The notes: generated by a model from the letters alone, not told the origin. Counted from the stretch's first letter, positions 37,671-48,794 are shown. The stretch is DNA of 64,000 nt from Candidatus Nomurabacteria bacterium (GCA_026395955.1 JAPLXR010000006.1:87259-151258); one strand, 5' to 3'. Numbers and translations are program-made.

Positions 37671-38411
37671 AGCTTTCTTTAATGCTACAGGTTCTTTTTT
37701 TGTATCACCCATATATAGCTTTCTAGCTAAGAATATTGCTATTAATACTAAGATGATAAGCAATAACCATTGTATGAATGTTGTAGGCATAAATCCTGAA
37801 CCGAAAGCATTTGCTGTGAGACCGTTACAATCTGTGCTATTTATGGCAGAAGCTGTTAAAGCCTTTTTAGCAGTTGTTGTTTTTGCTGGAGTAGCCTTTG
37901 CTGGTGTATTTGTAGTTGCTGGTGGATAATCTCCGACAGTACTAGGGGCTACGGTTGTAGTTGTTTTTGTGATGTTTAAATAAACTCCATTTGAGACATG
38001 TCCAGTGTCTTGATTATATACAGTTACTACATGACTTCCAGATGTGGCTACGTCAGAAGGGTATAGAGCCATACTTAAGTGAGTAGTATTTATATACTTT
38101 GTAGGTCTATTTGATCCGTCTAAACGAGCGACTGATCCTGGATTGAAGTTTGCACCTGTAATATTTATAACTTCATTTGCATTAGTTGAATCTGAAACAC
38201 TGTTCGGTGTTATTGAATAAATAATTGGTGTAGCCACATTATAATAATTATTTGTATTATTGTTGTTATCAACACTTGTAGGATTACCTAGGTAGTAACC
38301 AGGGCCTCCAGCATTAACTTTAGCTGGTGCAAAAGAAAACACTATTAGAGCTAAAACACTCAATAATATCACTGTGTTATATTTAATTGTTTTATTTAAT
38401 ATGTTAGTCAT
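37668..38411 (-). CDS. secreted Thr-rich protein with a C-terminal TM anchor (247 aa)
   Basis: Signal peptide, T/P-rich linker, C-terminal hydrophobic helix plus K-rich tail. Confidence 0.45.
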   Translation of the reverse strand: MTNILNKTIKYNTVILLSVLALIVFSFAPAKVNAGGPGYYLGNPTSVDNNNNTNNYYNVATPIIYSITPNSVSDSTNANEVINITGANFNPGSVARLDGSNRPTKYINTTHLSMALYPSDVATSGSHVVTVYNQDTGHVSNGVYLNITKTTTTVAPSTVGDYPPATTNTPAKATPAKTTTAKKALTASAINSTDCNGLTANAFGSGFMPTTFIQWLLLIILVLIAIFLARKLYMGDTKKEPVALKKA

Positions 38412-38506
38412 ACTTATATACTAGCATATTACATCTTAAATGTCAAGCCCTATTTAGGTCTTGTTTTTTAAGGATTTAAGAAGTATAATAGGTATTCAAT
38501 AATATT

Positions 38507-38591
38507 GCCCGGATGGCGGAATTGGTATACGCGCACGACTTAAAATCGTGTCTCGCAAGGGATGTGGGTTCGACCCCCACTCCGGGCACCA
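38507..38591 (+). tRNA. tRNA-Leu (anticodon TAA), long variable arm, CCA encoded
   Basis: Cloverleaf read by eye: acceptor gcccgga/tccgggc, anticodon loop cttaaaa. Confidence 0.8.
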
Positions 38592-38605
38592 AAACTTAAT
38601 ATAAT

Positions 38606-38678
38606 GCGCCCATAGCTCAGCTGGTAGAGCAGATCCCTCTTAAGGATAAGGTCCAAGGTTCGATCCCTTGTGGGCGCA
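38606..38678 (+). tRNA. tRNA-Lys (anticodon CTT)
   Basis: gcgccca...agctcagctggtagagc...cctCTTaagg...ggttcgatcc...tgggcgc. Confidence 0.8.
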
Positions 38679-38703
38679 CAATAAATATAAAGTATATTTA
38701 GAT

Positions 38704-38760
38704 AACTGCTGGAGTGGCGGAATTGGTACATATAGTTAGTCTTTTGTACTAGTAACAAAG
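38704..38760 (+). repeat. decayed tandem copy (pseudo-tRNA) of the 5' half of tRNA-Leu(TAG): 25-nt exact direct repeat (38704-38728 = 38781-38805), degenerate anticodon arm, no T-arm
   Basis: aactgctggagtggcggaattggta appears twice. The first copy continues into ttagtcttttgtactag, resembling the anticodon arm ctagtcttaggaactag, then ends. Confidence 0.6.
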
Positions 38761-38784
38761 CAACAGTTTAAAAAGTTAAAAACT

Positions 38785-38866
38785 GCTGGAGTGGCGGAAT
38801 TGGTATACGCGCTAGTCTTAGGAACTAGTCCCGCAAGGGTTGAGGGTTCGAGTCCCTCCTCCAGCA
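38785..38866 (+). tRNA. tRNA-Leu (anticodon TAG), long variable arm
   Basis: gctggag acceptor, anticodon loop cttagga, T-arm ggttcgagtcc, 3' ctccagc-a. Confidence 0.8.
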
Positions 38867-38870
38867 CAGT

Positions 38871-38942
38871 GGCCTAGTCGCCAAGTGGTAAGGCAAAGAT
38901 CTGCAAAATCTTTATACGACGGTTCGATTCCGTCCTAGGCCT
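38871..38942 (+). tRNA. tRNA-Cys (anticodon GCA)
   Basis: ggcctag...ctGCAaa...ggttcgattcc...ctaggcc-t. Confidence 0.75.
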
Positions 38943-38955
38943 CAAAAAGTTAGAA

Positions 38956-39279
38956 TTATTTTTCTCGGAGTAATTCGTCAATCTTTTGACGATTCTTTTC
39001 TCCTTTGTCTATATCAACTTCGAGGAATGGTATATGTTTTGTTTCCATATTTTGTTTTAAATAATCACGCATTTCTCCGAGCTTTCTCTTTGCGAAAAGG
39101 AGAGCAGTTTTTTCTTGATTAGAAGGTAAAACTGAAATTAATATTTTAGCCTTCTTCATGTCAGGGGAGACAGAAACGTCTGTGACAGAAATTAATGAAG
39201 CTGAAGTACTTTCGCGATTTAAAAAATTCGCAGTTAATTCTTTGACTAATTTATTTACTTTTTCCATTCTTTCAGACAT
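38956..39279 (-). CDS. rbfA: ribosome-binding factor A
   Basis: 107 aa; SLISVTDVSVSPDMKKAKILISV pattern; lies directly downstream of infB, as in the conserved nusA-infB-rbfA operon. Confidence 0.85.
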   Translation of the reverse strand: MSERMEKVNKLVKELTANFLNRESTSASLISVTDVSVSPDMKKAKILISVLPSNQEKTALLFAKRKLGEMRDYLKQNMETKHIPFLEVDIDKGEKNRQKIDELLREK

Positions 39280-39280
39280 A

Positions 39281-40783
39281 TTATTTTTGTATTACAGCAA
39301 AACATTCGATAACGTCACCTGCGACGATGTCGAGTTTTGATTCGATCATCATCCCGCATTCTGTTCCTTCTTCGACGACACTTGTTTTTGTTTTACCTTT
39401 TTCTAGATTTACTATTTTTCCACGACCGATTTCAAAATCACGACGTAGTATCTTTACGACTTGGTCTAGGATTATTTTTCCTTCTGTTACTTTTCCTCCG
39501 ACTATTTGTCTTTCTTTTGTACGAGAGAAAGCTTTGATGATTTTCAACTTACCGATAGTTTCTACTGATTCTACTCTAGGACGTCTTTTTTCCATTTCTT
39601 CTTTTAGCCAGTCTGTCATTTTATAAATAATATCAAAAGTAGAAAGAGTGATATTTAATTTTTCTGCCAAGTCGATAGCATTTTTATCAGCCTTCATGTT
39701 GAATGCAATGATAATTGCATTTTCTCCAGCAATAGCATTTTTTACATCTGATTCAGAAATTGGCCCGATGCCTTTTTGAACTATTCTAAATTCAGCACTT
39801 TCACTGTTTATTTTACCTATTTCTTTTTCTATAGCTTCGAGGGATCCTCCAGCATCAGCTTTTAAAATAATAGGAATCATTTTTTTTCCTGTATCTTCTG
39901 CTCTGTTTTGATTTATTTTAGCTGGATTATTTTTTAAGTCTTTTAAGTATTCTTCCATTTCTTTTTTATTTTCAAAAGACATAAATTCACCACCAACCTT
40001 TGGAACTTTGTCGAAGCCTACGAGACGGACAGGGGATGAAAAAGTAGCGTCATTTACAGCTTTCCCTAAAAAGTTTTCCATTATACGTGTACCACAAGAT
40101 GCATCTTCTATTGCGACAGCCATTCCTTTTTTAATACTTCCATTTTTAATTATGAGTGTTGCTTGAATACCTCTCTTTGAATCTAGGTTTGATTCAAGTA
40201 CGAAACCACTAGCAGGCAAGGATGTATCTCCTGTAAAGTTTTCTATTTCTGCCAAGACTAATATAAGTGAAAGCAATTCATCAACGCCAGTACCGACTTT
40301 TGCAGATACTAGTACGAAAGGAGTTTGCCCTCCGAAGTTTTCTAGATAGATTTCATTTTCCGCCAAGTTTATCTTTGTGCGTTCTATATCAGCACCTGGT
40401 TTGTCTATTTTATTTATAGCAACGATACAAGGTGTATTACTTGCAACAATAGTTTTATAAGCTTCAATAGTTTGAGGTTTGACGCCATCTTCTGCTGAAA
40501 CCATAAGTATTGCAATATCTGCAATCTTTGCACCACGTTCGCGCATTTTTGAAAAAGCCTCGTGCCCTGGTGTGTCGAGGAAAGTAATTTTTTTATCTAC
40601 TCCTTTTTCATCTTTATGAATAACTTCATAAGCAGAAATGTGTTGAGTAATACCACCGGCTTCACGATCAACAATATTTGTCTTGCGGATATAGTCTAGC
40701 AATGTTGATTTACCATGGTCGATATGACCCATCACTGCGACGACTGGTGGGCATTCTATTAGATTATTTTTTTTATTTTCCAT
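39281..40783 (-). CDS. infB: translation initiation factor IF-2 (minimal 500-aa form with no N-terminal extension)
   Basis: G-domain motifs [23 protein letters not shown]; a C-terminal beta-barrel and C2 domain. Confidence 0.9.
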   Translation of the reverse strand: MENKKNNLIECPPVVAVMGHIDHGKSTLLDYIRKTNIVDREAGGITQHISAYEVIHKDEKGVDKKITFLDTPGHEAFSKMRERGAKIADIAILMVSAEDGVKPQTIEAYKTIVASNTPCIVAINKIDKPGADIERTKINLAENEIYLENFGGQTPFVLVSAKVGTGVDELLSLILVLAEIENFTGDTSLPASGFVLESNLDSKRGIQATLIIKNGSIKKGMAVAIEDASCGTRIMENFLGKAVNDATFSSPVRLVGFDKVPKVGGEFMSFENKKEMEEYLKDLKNNPAKINQNRAEDTGKKMIPIILKADAGGSLEAIEKEIGKINSESAEFRIVQKGIGPISESDVKNAIAGENAIIIAFNMKADKNAIDLAEKLNITLSTFDIIYKMTDWLKEEMEKRRPRVESVETIGKLKIIKAFSRTKERQIVGGKVTEGKIILDQVVKILRRDFEIGRGKIVNLEKGKTKTSVVEEGTECGMMIESKLDIVAGDVIECFAVIQK

Positions 40784-40787
40784 AATA

Positions 40788-41246
40788 TTATTTAATTTCG
40801 GCTTTCTTTAAAGCTTCTTTTTCTTCAGCACTTAATTCGTATTCTGATTTTCCAGCCTTTATCGGTTTTGCGAACACACTCATTCTCTCACGGGAATATA
40901 AACTTGAAATAACGACACCATCATTTTCTTCGTTAAGTAGTCCGATAGCAAAACTTTGATTTGAACCTTGGTCAGGGAATGGATTGAAGCGGATTGTTTC
41001 GAGTCCACGGATACTTTGTTTGAGTTTATTGTTTATAACAACGATTTCTTTTTCAATATTACTGCGAGCTTGTTTTAAAGTCTCAATATCTGCTTCTAAA
41101 ACAGCTATTGTTTCTTCTAAATCTTTAGCTTTTTTACCAAGGAAAAATTTGGTTAAACGCTTTTCTGTTTTGATAATCCAAAAAACAATAGAGAGTATCC
41201 CTAGTCCTGAAATAGCAAAAAAGATGATTTGAAACTTTGCATTCAT
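40788..41246 (-). CDS. hypothetical membrane-anchored coiled-coil protein in the position normally held by nusA/ylxR
   Basis: N-terminal TM helix and a coiled-coil segment; not NusA-like. Confidence 0.35.
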   Translation of the reverse strand: MNAKFQIIFFAISGLGILSIVFWIIKTEKRLTKFFLGKKAKDLEETIAVLEADIETLKQARSNIEKEIVVINNKLKQSIRGLETIRFNPFPDQGSNQSFAIGLLNEENDGVVISSLYSRERMSVFAKPIKAGKSEYELSAEEKEALKKAEIK

Positions 41247-41272
41247 ATGAGTAAATAGTATATACTTTTTTT

Positions 41273-42487
41273 ATGAAAAAATCAAAGAAAATATACTTAG
41301 ATTACGCTTCAGCCACTCCAATAGACGGAGATGTTTTGAAAGTGTTCAATAAAGCTTTGAAGGAAAATTTTGCTAATGCTAGTGCTATTCACGATATGGC
41401 AGTCGAAAACAAGAAGGTTTTGGATATTGCTCGCAAGGATGTCGCGCGTTTTTTTGATGCTCATAGTAATGAAATTATTTTTACGAGTGGATCTACTGAA
41501 AGTAATAATATAGTAATTCAAAATTTTAAAAATATAATCACAACAAATATAGAACATGCTTCAATACTAGAACCTGCTCGTTTGGTAAATACTACTTTTG
41601 TCGGAGTTGAAGCAAGTGGAATAATAGATCCGAAGAAAATAAAAAAAGCACTGACTTTGGAAACAGAATTGGTTTCTGTAATGTATGCAAATAATGAAAT
41701 TGGAACAATACAACCCATAAAAGAAATAGCGAAAGAAATTCGTCATTTTAATAAAACAAATAATACAAAAATTTTATTTCACACTGACGCAACACAAGCT
41801 GTGAATTATTTAGATATGAATGTTGAGAGGCTCGGTGTAGACATTATGTCTTTCAATGCTGGGAAAATTTATGGACCGAAGGGAATAGGGGCTTTGTATA
41901 TTCGTCGTAGAACTCCGATTAAAAAAATAATTTTTGGTGGAGATCAAGAAAATGGAATACGTGCAGGGACAGAAAATTTACCAGCTATTTTAGCTTTTGC
42001 TGAAGCTTTGAAAATTACAGAAAAAATAAAAGATAAAGAAAATAAAAGATTAAAAAAATTACAAGAATATTTTGTGAATAAACTTTTGAAGAATCAAAAT
42101 TCTCTCGGTCCTCGGGTCGCTGCGCTCAACCAGACACTCGACAATTTTAATTCTTCAAAAGTTAAAATTAATGGGGATTTGGAAAACAGATTACCAAATA
42201 ATATAAATATCACTATACCTAAAATACCGAGTGATTTGCTTGTAATAGAGCTTTCAGCTCGAGGTGTGATGGTGTCTGCGAAAAGTGCTTGTAAGTCAGG
42301 GGATGAAAAAGCTTCGCATGTTATCCAAGCAATACGAGAATCTGAGCAAGGGGAGTCCTTACTCAATAAAGAAGTTGATGGATCTATTCGTTTTTCTATG
42401 GGACGTGAGACTACAAAACAAGATATTGATTATACTTTAAAGTCTCTTTCTCAAATTTTGTCTAAATTAAAAAAGTGGTATACTTAG
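41273..42487 (+). CDS. cysteine desulfurase (class V aminotransferase, IscS/NifS family)
   Basis: IYLDYASATP N-terminal motif, a PLP-lysine region (SFNAGKIYGPKGIGALY), and an active-site Cys loop (SAKSACKSG). Confidence 0.8.
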   Translation: MKKSKKIYLDYASATPIDGDVLKVFNKALKENFANASAIHDMAVENKKVLDIARKDVARFFDAHSNEIIFTSGSTESNNIVIQNFKNIITTNIEHASILEPARLVNTTFVGVEASGIIDPKKIKKALTLETELVSVMYANNEIGTIQPIKEIAKEIRHFNKTNNTKILFHTDATQAVNYLDMNVERLGVDIMSFNAGKIYGPKGIGALYIRRRTPIKKIIFGGDQENGIRAGTENLPAILAFAEALKITEKIKDKENKRLKKLQEYFVNKLLKNQNSLGPRVAALNQTLDNFNSSKVKINGDLENRLPNNINITIPKIPSDLLVIELSARGVMVSAKSACKSGDEKASHVIQAIRESEQGESLLNKEVDGSIRFSMGRETTKQDIDYTLKSLSQILSKLKKWYT

Positions 42488-42490
42488 GTT

Positions 42491-43021
42491 ATGGATATGA
42501 AAGAATTAAATAAATCCCAGTTAATATTATTGGCGTTGCTGATTTCTTTTGTGACGTCTATCGCCACAGGTATTTCAGCTGTGACACTTATGCAACAAGC
42601 TCCTGCTTCAGTAACTACTCCCATACAGAAAATAGTTAGGCAAACAGTCGAAAAGATTGTTCCATCTGATACAAAAGGGGATGCACTTACAGCAGATCAA
42701 CAAAAATTACTTGAAAATTTAAAAGCGATTCAGCCTCTCACTGTAACTCTTGTTTCAAAAGGAGATTCTACTAAAAATACAAATGATAAAATTTTAGGCA
42801 CTGGATTGTTTTTAGGTAATGATAAGGTTGTAATTTCTTCTGTTGTAGCTCAGCCAAAAGACGGGGAAATATATATTGTAAAAAGTGTTTTGGGAGAACA
42901 AAAAATTTCAAAACTTACAGCTGACAAAGATTTTACTGTTGTAGAACTAGCCCCAGTAGATACAACACCAAGCTCTAATACAAATTCTAGCGACAATTCA
43001 TCTATAGTTCCAGTTCAGTAA
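42491..43021 (+). CDS. hypothetical membrane-anchored secreted protein (176 aa)
   Basis: N-terminal TM/signal anchor; S/T/N-rich C-terminal tail. Confidence 0.35.
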   Translation: MDMKELNKSQLILLALLISFVTSIATGISAVTLMQQAPASVTTPIQKIVRQTVEKIVPSDTKGDALTADQQKLLENLKAIQPLTVTLVSKGDSTKNTNDKILGTGLFLGNDKVVISSVVAQPKDGEIYIVKSVLGEQKISKLTADKDFTVVELAPVDTTPSSNTNSSDNSSIVPVQ

Positions 43022-43058
43022 TTTGATTTATTAATAATTAGTGTTATTTTGTATAAAT

Positions 43059-45728
43059 ATGCCACCATTAAACCGTTTTACAACTAAAGCAAAAGAAGCG
43101 ATTAAAAAAGCTCACGAGCTCGCTATTGAACGTGGACAAAATCATGTTTCTTCTATGCATTTACTAACAGCACTTTTATTGCAAGAAGAAAGTATTGTTC
43201 TTTCTATTCTAGACAAAATGGAAATAGATACTATGCTTTTGACTGATTCTACTTTAGAAGCGATAGAAATGCCTGAATCACGTGCAACTCTTTCACCTGC
43301 ATATCAAATTTATTTAACTCCAGACATGGCGTCAGCGCTCGAACAATCTGCAAAATCTGCAGAAGTAATGAAAGATGAATTTGTTTCTACAGAGCATCTT
43401 TTTATTGCATTACTCGAAATACAAAGTGATGCGCACGATATGCTCGCTCGTTTTAAAATCTTTAAAGAAACTGTTTTAAAAATTTTGGCAGAATTACGCG
43501 TGCAAGGTCATGACAATGCTTCCACTCCAAAGAAAAATAAATTAATTACAAAATATACTCGTAATGTTACAAAACTTGCTCGTGAAGATAAGCTCGATCC
43601 TGTTATTGGTCGTGATACTGAAATAATGCGCATAATGCAAATACTTTCTCGTCGTACAAAAAATAACCCTATCTTAATAGGTGAAGCTGGTACAGGGAAA
43701 ACTGCTGTTGTAGAAGGCCTTGCAAATAGAATTGCAAAAGGGGATGTTTCTGAATCACTCCGTGATAAAGAAATTGTTTCTCTTGATCTCGGCTCTATGA
43801 TTGCTGGCACAAAATACCGCGGAGAATTTGAAGAGCGTTTGAATGGTTTAATGAAAGAAATAGAAAGAGCTGAAGGAAAAATAATTCTCTTTATAGATGA
43901 AATACATACTATCGTCGGTGCAGGTGGAGCAGAGGGAACTCTCGATGCTTCAAATATGTTAAAGCCAGCACTTGCTCGTGGAGAACTCCGTGCTATCGGT
44001 GCGACAACTTTAAAAGAATATCAAAAACATATTGAGAAAGATCCAGCATTGGCTCGTCGTTTTCAACCTGTTTATGTAGATGAACCAAGTACCGAAGACG
44101 CGATAGCAATACTCCGTGGCCTCAAAGAAAAATATGAACTTTTCCATGGTGTGCGTATTACAGATGATGCGATACTTTCTGCTGTGAATTTGAGTGCTCG
44201 ATATATCACAAATAGATTTTTGCCTGATAAAGCTATCGACCTTATAGACGAAGCTTCTTCATCACTTAAAATTGCTTTAGAAAATAAACCACAAGCTCTC
44301 GAAGAAGCACATAGAAAAATAATGCGTTTGGAAATCGAAAAAGAAGCTTTGAAGAAAGAGTCTGATAAAAATTCTAAAAATCGTGTGAAAGATATCGATG
44401 ATGCTATTGCCAATCTAAAAGAAAAAACAAAAGAAATAGAATTGAAATGGAAAAATGAAAAAGCTACAGTTATCGAAATTCGTTCTATTAAAAAAGAGTT
44501 AGAAACTTTACGCCTCGATGCAGAGAATGCTGAAATGCGTGCAAATCTTTCTCTCGCAGCAGAGATTCGTTATGGAAAAATTCCTGAATTGAAAAAAGAA
44601 TTAGAAACTAAACTTCTTCGTTTGAAAAAATTACAAAAGTCTCGCCGAATACTGAAAGAAGAAATTACAGCGGAAGATATTGCCGAAGTTGTAGCTCGTT
44701 GGACTGGTATTCCACTTACAAAAATGATGGAAGAAGAAAGAGCAAAATTAGCCCGAATGGAAGAAGAATTGGCTAAACGCGTTATCGGTCAAAAGGAAGC
44801 TATTACTCGCGTAGCAGACGTTATACGCCGTTCTCGTGCTGGTATTTCAGACCCAAATAGACCAATAGGTTCATTTATATTCCTCGGTCCTACAGGAGTA
44901 GGAAAGACAGAGCTTACAAAGGCTTTAGCTCAATTTATGTTCAATGATGATCGTGCACTTATTCGTGTCGATATGTCTGAATTTATGGAGCGTCATAGTG
45001 TCTCAAAGCTTATCGGTTCTCCACCAGGATATGTCGGTTATGAAGAAGCTGGACAGCTGACAGAGTCAGTCCGTCATCGTCCTTATGCTGTGATACTTTT
45101 TGATGAAATTGAAAAAGCTCATCCAGAAGTTTTCAATATGCTACTGCAAGTTCTAGATGAAGGACGCCTCACAGATGGAAAGGGTAGAATTGTAAATTTT
45201 AAAAATACAATTATTATTTTGACTTCAAACATCGGTTCACAATTTGTAGAAAAAATGGAATCAATTGGTTTCTCAAATAATTCTGCAAGTGAAAATTATT
45301 CTCAAACAAAAGATAAAGTAATGGAGTCTTTGAAAGATAATTTTTCTCCAGAATTTTTGAATCGTCTAGATGAGACTATTGTTTTTGATATTTTATCTCC
45401 AGAAGCAATTCGTGAGATTGTAAATTTGAGAATTCAAGTTGTTGCTGAGAGATTGAAAATAAAAGAAATAGGTTTTGAAATTTCAGAGCAAGCGCTAGAT
45501 TATCTAGCAAAAGAAGGTTATGATCCGCATTTCGGAGCTCGCCCTATAAACAGACTTATTCAAACTAAAATACTTAATCCTGTGGCTTCATACATAATTA
45601 GCAAGGGCGTGAAGAAAGGAGACAAGGTTTATGTAACTATGAAAAATAATGAGCTCAATATTGAAACTAAAAAAGAAAAGATAAAAAGCCCATTTGTTTC
45701 AAAAGCTAAAGAAGAAAAGAGTAAGTAA
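43059..45728 (+). CDS. clpB: ATP-dependent chaperone ClpB (start at MPPLNRF; track ORF begins 18 nt upstream)
   Basis: Two AAA+ modules (GEAGTGKTA and GPTGVGKTE Walker A) and a long coiled-coil middle domain between them, typical of ClpB rather than ClpA/C. Confidence 0.85.
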   Translation: MPPLNRFTTKAKEAIKKAHELAIERGQNHVSSMHLLTALLLQEESIVLSILDKMEIDTMLLTDSTLEAIEMPESRATLSPAYQIYLTPDMASALEQSAKSAEVMKDEFVSTEHLFIALLEIQSDAHDMLARFKIFKETVLKILAELRVQGHDNASTPKKNKLITKYTRNVTKLAREDKLDPVIGRDTEIMRIMQILSRRTKNNPILIGEAGTGKTAVVEGLANRIAKGDVSESLRDKEIVSLDLGSMIAGTKYRGEFEERLNGLMKEIERAEGKIILFIDEIHTIVGAGGAEGTLDASNMLKPALARGELRAIGATTLKEYQKHIEKDPALARRFQPVYVDEPSTEDAIAILRGLKEKYELFHGVRITDDAILSAVNLSARYITNRFLPDKAIDLIDEASSSLKIALENKPQALEEAHRKIMRLEIEKEALKKESDKNSKNRVKDIDDAIANLKEKTKEIELKWKNEKATVIEIRSIKKELETLRLDAENAEMRANLSLAAEIRYGKIPELKKELETKLLRLKKLQKSRRILKEEITAEDIAEVVARWTGIPLTKMMEEERAKLARMEEELAKRVIGQKEAITRVADVIRRSRAGISDPNRPIGSFIFLGPTGVGKTELTKALAQFMFNDDRALIRVDMSEFMERHSVSKLIGSPPGYVGYEEAGQLTESVRHRPYAVILFDEIEKAHPEVFNMLLQVLDEGRLTDGKGRIVNFKNTIIILTSNIGSQFVEKMESIGFSNNSASENYSQTKDKVMESLKDNFSPEFLNRLDETIVFDILSPEAIREIVNLRIQVVAERLKIKEIGFEISEQALDYLAKEGYDPHFGARPINRLIQTKILNPVASYIISKGVKKGDKVYVTMKNNELNIETKKEKIKSPFVSKAKEEKSK

Positions 45729-45782
45729 AACAAAATATAAAAAAGATGCAAAAAATTTAATTTTATGATATCTTTTTTATAT

Positions 45783-45865
45783 GCGTCGGTGGTAGAGTGG
45801 TCAATTACAACAGACTGTAAATCTGTCGCCTTCGGGCTACGAAGGTTCAAATCCTTCCCGACGCA
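45783..45865 (+). tRNA. tRNA-Tyr (anticodon GTA), long variable arm
   Basis: gcgtcgg...gaCTGTAAatc...extra arm...ggttcaaatcc...ccgacgc-a. Confidence 0.75.
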
Positions 45866-46170
45866 CACTTTAAATACCCCTATTTTCAAGGGGTATTTTT
45901 GTACCCTGTTTAAGGGTTGGAACTTCAGAAAATATATAAATCTGAAACTAATATTTTTAAAATTTAAATTCCGTTCCACAGGAGAGTGCGGGAGGAATGC
46001 GGGGCGGGGGTTTTGGTAAGGGGGCTATAAAGGTAGTATAGTCCCTGACATTGAAGGTGTAGCTGCGAAGTTTGGATGTAACTGACCCATCATACCATTA
46101 AAATCTGACACGAACGTAACATTAAAACCAAAAGTGAATGGCAATTTAAAAACATTAAATTGATTCAAAT

Positions 46171-48582
46171 TTAATTTATACTAAAATTAAGATCTGAAAA
46201 GTCAGAAACTGACGGTGCGTTAGCATCAAACATAGTAATCTTATATTCATTTATTCCAGCAGAAAGACCAGCTAAGCTGGTAGTAAAACTACCCGTATTT
46301 GTTGTAACGAAATAAATAGAGTTACCACTCATTACATTCTCTATAAAGATCCCTATTGGTGCAGAAACAGGAATCAGTGAAGATGTCCAAGATATAGTGA
46401 TTGTTTGACCTACACTAAAATATTCTCCTCCATTTGGAAAATCAACATGTATAGCAGCACCCGCTGGTATTTGATAAACAAGACCACCATTACTGTACGA
46501 ATTAGTATTACCGAGGCTAGATTGATCTTCAACAACAAAATTCACTCCAAAAATGCCACCAATAATATAGTTACCATACTGCAAAGACGCTCCAGCGCTA
46601 ATAGTAGTAGAAAAATTTTGTGATTGACCTGGAGCAAGCGTAAATTGTTGGGTTGTATTTATGGTTATGGTTACTGCATTTGATCCTGCTGAAAGCCGAT
46701 TCAGTGTTATGGTCGAAGGAAGAGTAAAGGTTGATGTAGAGCATATTGAGCTATCTGTGTTAGTAATAGTCGCATTTACTACTAACGGACCGTTGCTTAA
46801 ATCAATAGAGGAAACAGGAAAACTTGGAATATTTAATGTCGGGTGTCCTGAACTACAAACAGCAAGGCTTGGATTAGGTGCACTAATAGAAACAACAGCG
46901 TGAATAGAATCTGTAGATATCGTGGTAATAGTGCGTCCTGTTGCTCGGTCAATATATGAGTGCCCTACAGTAAGTGGCGCATCATTTAAAGTATTTGTAT
47001 TTGGCATAGTGTCAATAAGATTATTATCATAACGTAAAGAAACACCATTCATCACTGGATCAGTTGAAGAGTATGTATCCCGAACACCGTAAGGTCTCCT
47101 GTACTCGAGTGTAAAATATGCACTATTACCTGTATTATCTTGTGTCGGGAAACGAAGTGCTTTTTGAAAAATTGCCTGAGGGTACAGGGGAAATTGTCCC
47201 CACTGAGTAGGACCAAGAGTAGTTATATCGGTCGGCAATATATTTCCAATTACACCTAATTTTAATTTTTCAAACACACTAAAAAGTAGTTTTGGATCCC
47301 ATCCATTACCCATGACTGAAAAAGGATCTCCATATTCTATGTGAGTACAATGCCCACCGTCAAAAAACGAATACGCTTCAGGCGCACCAGAAGCATCAAC
47401 ACAATTTTGTGAATTTGCATGCATTAGATCAAGTGAATGTCCCATTTCATGAATAATTGCTGAAGAACTAGTAGTGTATAAAACTGCACGAGGTCCGTAT
47501 GTACTTATTCCATAAAAACCACCAACAGGACAACTAACAGAAGGTGCAACGAGAACGACTACATCGTACCCATTCGGATCAAATCCATTTTGCATGGCCA
47601 TAGCTTCTGCTTCATTAGCCCAATTATTTTGAGATGTAGGATACGTACAACCAGCGCTGCCATGAGGCAAAGTATAATATCCATATACATCATTAGTACC
47701 ATCAACACTATTTTTGCCAACTAATTTTATCACTCCATAGGAAGCTGTCCTATAAAAACCAGCGATACTATTTATATTATTCGGTTCGTTGTCATACATA
47801 TATTCTCGTGCAGTACTTATCGGGTAAGCTGCAACAGCAGTACTTGCATTATCTTGGAAATTAAAAAGTATTGTGGCAATTTTATATTCTCCTGCATTTG
47901 CTCCAGTGGTTTGAAGACTTTTTTGTTGATTTGATTTAGCAGATGAAGCAAATATTTTATTCACTGAAAGTATTTTACCTTTCAGTGTTCCGATAATAAC
48001 AACTTGCTTACGGTTTAATGGATTTTCGTCAGTAAGTTGTTCTTTGTCAGAAGAAGTTAAATTTAAACTAGTGCCGTCTGATAGTAACAATTGAGCTACT
48101 GGTATTTCTTTACTGAGAGTTCCATTTTTGCCAAAAATGTCACCATGCGAAAGATTTAAAATACCGCTATATTCTTTTTCAGAATTTTTTGTTGATACAA
48201 TAGCCGAGGTTTTAGAATCAACTTTTTGCATAACTGCTTTTGTAGTGACTTCCGCTGTTTTTGTATTTGTCTTAGTAGTTGCATCTTTCGTCGCGGCAGT
48301 TAACGATTTTACTGCACCACTTGAAGCAGTAGTGCTCTTTGTAAGCATAGTAGTAGCTTTTGTATCTGTTGTTAAGGAAAGACCTTTGGTACCAGTCTGA
48401 CTGAGTAACTTCATAATTGTATCTTTTTGTTCTTGAGTTAGAGGCGTAGAAGTAGTACTCGTTACGCTGTTTACTACAGTTGCAGTATTATCTGTCGGTG
48501 GGACATTGAAACCGAGCTTTGCAACAATGATAACCAAGACAACGGCTCCGATAAATAGCCCAAACTGTAAATATTTTTTCAT
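46171..48582 (-). CDS. large secreted metzincin-like zinc metallopeptidase (HEMGHSLDLMH plus an SVM Met-turn), T/S-rich N-terminal stalk, beta-rich C-terminal domains
   Basis: Signal peptide; HExxHxxDxxH with H at positions 1, 5 and 11; downstream FSVMG Met-turn. 803 aa. Confidence 0.6.
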   Translation of the reverse strand: MKKYLQFGLFIGAVVLVIIVAKLGFNVPPTDNTATVVNSVTSTTSTPLTQEQKDTIMKLLSQTGTKGLSLTTDTKATTMLTKSTTASSGAVKSLTAATKDATTKTNTKTAEVTTKAVMQKVDSKTSAIVSTKNSEKEYSGILNLSHGDIFGKNGTLSKEIPVAQLLLSDGTSLNLTSSDKEQLTDENPLNRKQVVIIGTLKGKILSVNKIFASSAKSNQQKSLQTTGANAGEYKIATILFNFQDNASTAVAAYPISTAREYMYDNEPNNINSIAGFYRTASYGVIKLVGKNSVDGTNDVYGYYTLPHGSAGCTYPTSQNNWANEAEAMAMQNGFDPNGYDVVVLVAPSVSCPVGGFYGISTYGPRAVLYTTSSSAIIHEMGHSLDLMHANSQNCVDASGAPEAYSFFDGGHCTHIEYGDPFSVMGNGWDPKLLFSVFEKLKLGVIGNILPTDITTLGPTQWGQFPLYPQAIFQKALRFPTQDNTGNSAYFTLEYRRPYGVRDTYSSTDPVMNGVSLRYDNNLIDTMPNTNTLNDAPLTVGHSYIDRATGRTITTISTDSIHAVVSISAPNPSLAVCSSGHPTLNIPSFPVSSIDLSNGPLVVNATITNTDSSICSTSTFTLPSTITLNRLSAGSNAVTITINTTQQFTLAPGQSQNFSTTISAGASLQYGNYIIGGIFGVNFVVEDQSSLGNTNSYSNGGLVYQIPAGAAIHVDFPNGGEYFSVGQTITISWTSSLIPVSAPIGIFIENVMSGNSIYFVTTNTGSFTTSLAGLSAGINEYKITMFDANAPSVSDFSDLNFSIN

Positions 48583-48794
48583 GCGTTAATTTTACAATAT
48601 ATAAGCATTATCTACAAGTGATATATAGTGCACAAGGGTGTAGGGTAAAATCACTTCATCTTTTGCGCCCAATATGATAGATTAGGTATATACGGAATAA
48701 CGTTAGATTTTATTAGTTCAGTTCTAACGTTCTCTAGTACAGCGCACCAATTTTATTAGTTGCATTTTTTAGACTTTTATATTAAGATACACAT

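Noticed and set aside
38540-38758. 72-aa minus-strand ORF
   Set aside because: It lies entirely over the tRNA-Leu/tRNA-Lys genes and is a translation of tRNA sequence.
45765-46019. 84-aa ORF
   Set aside because: It overlaps tRNA-Tyr and a G-rich intergenic stretch; no coding signal.
45870-46170. Possible structured ncRNA (SRP/6S/RNase P) in a 300-bp gap with a G-rich stretch
   Set aside because: No conserved landmark motifs (SRP GGAA/AGCAG domain IV, the RNase P GGAAAGUCC-type P4 helix) could be recognised by eye. It is more likely a degenerate copy of the GC-rich repeat plus the 3' UTR of convergent genes.
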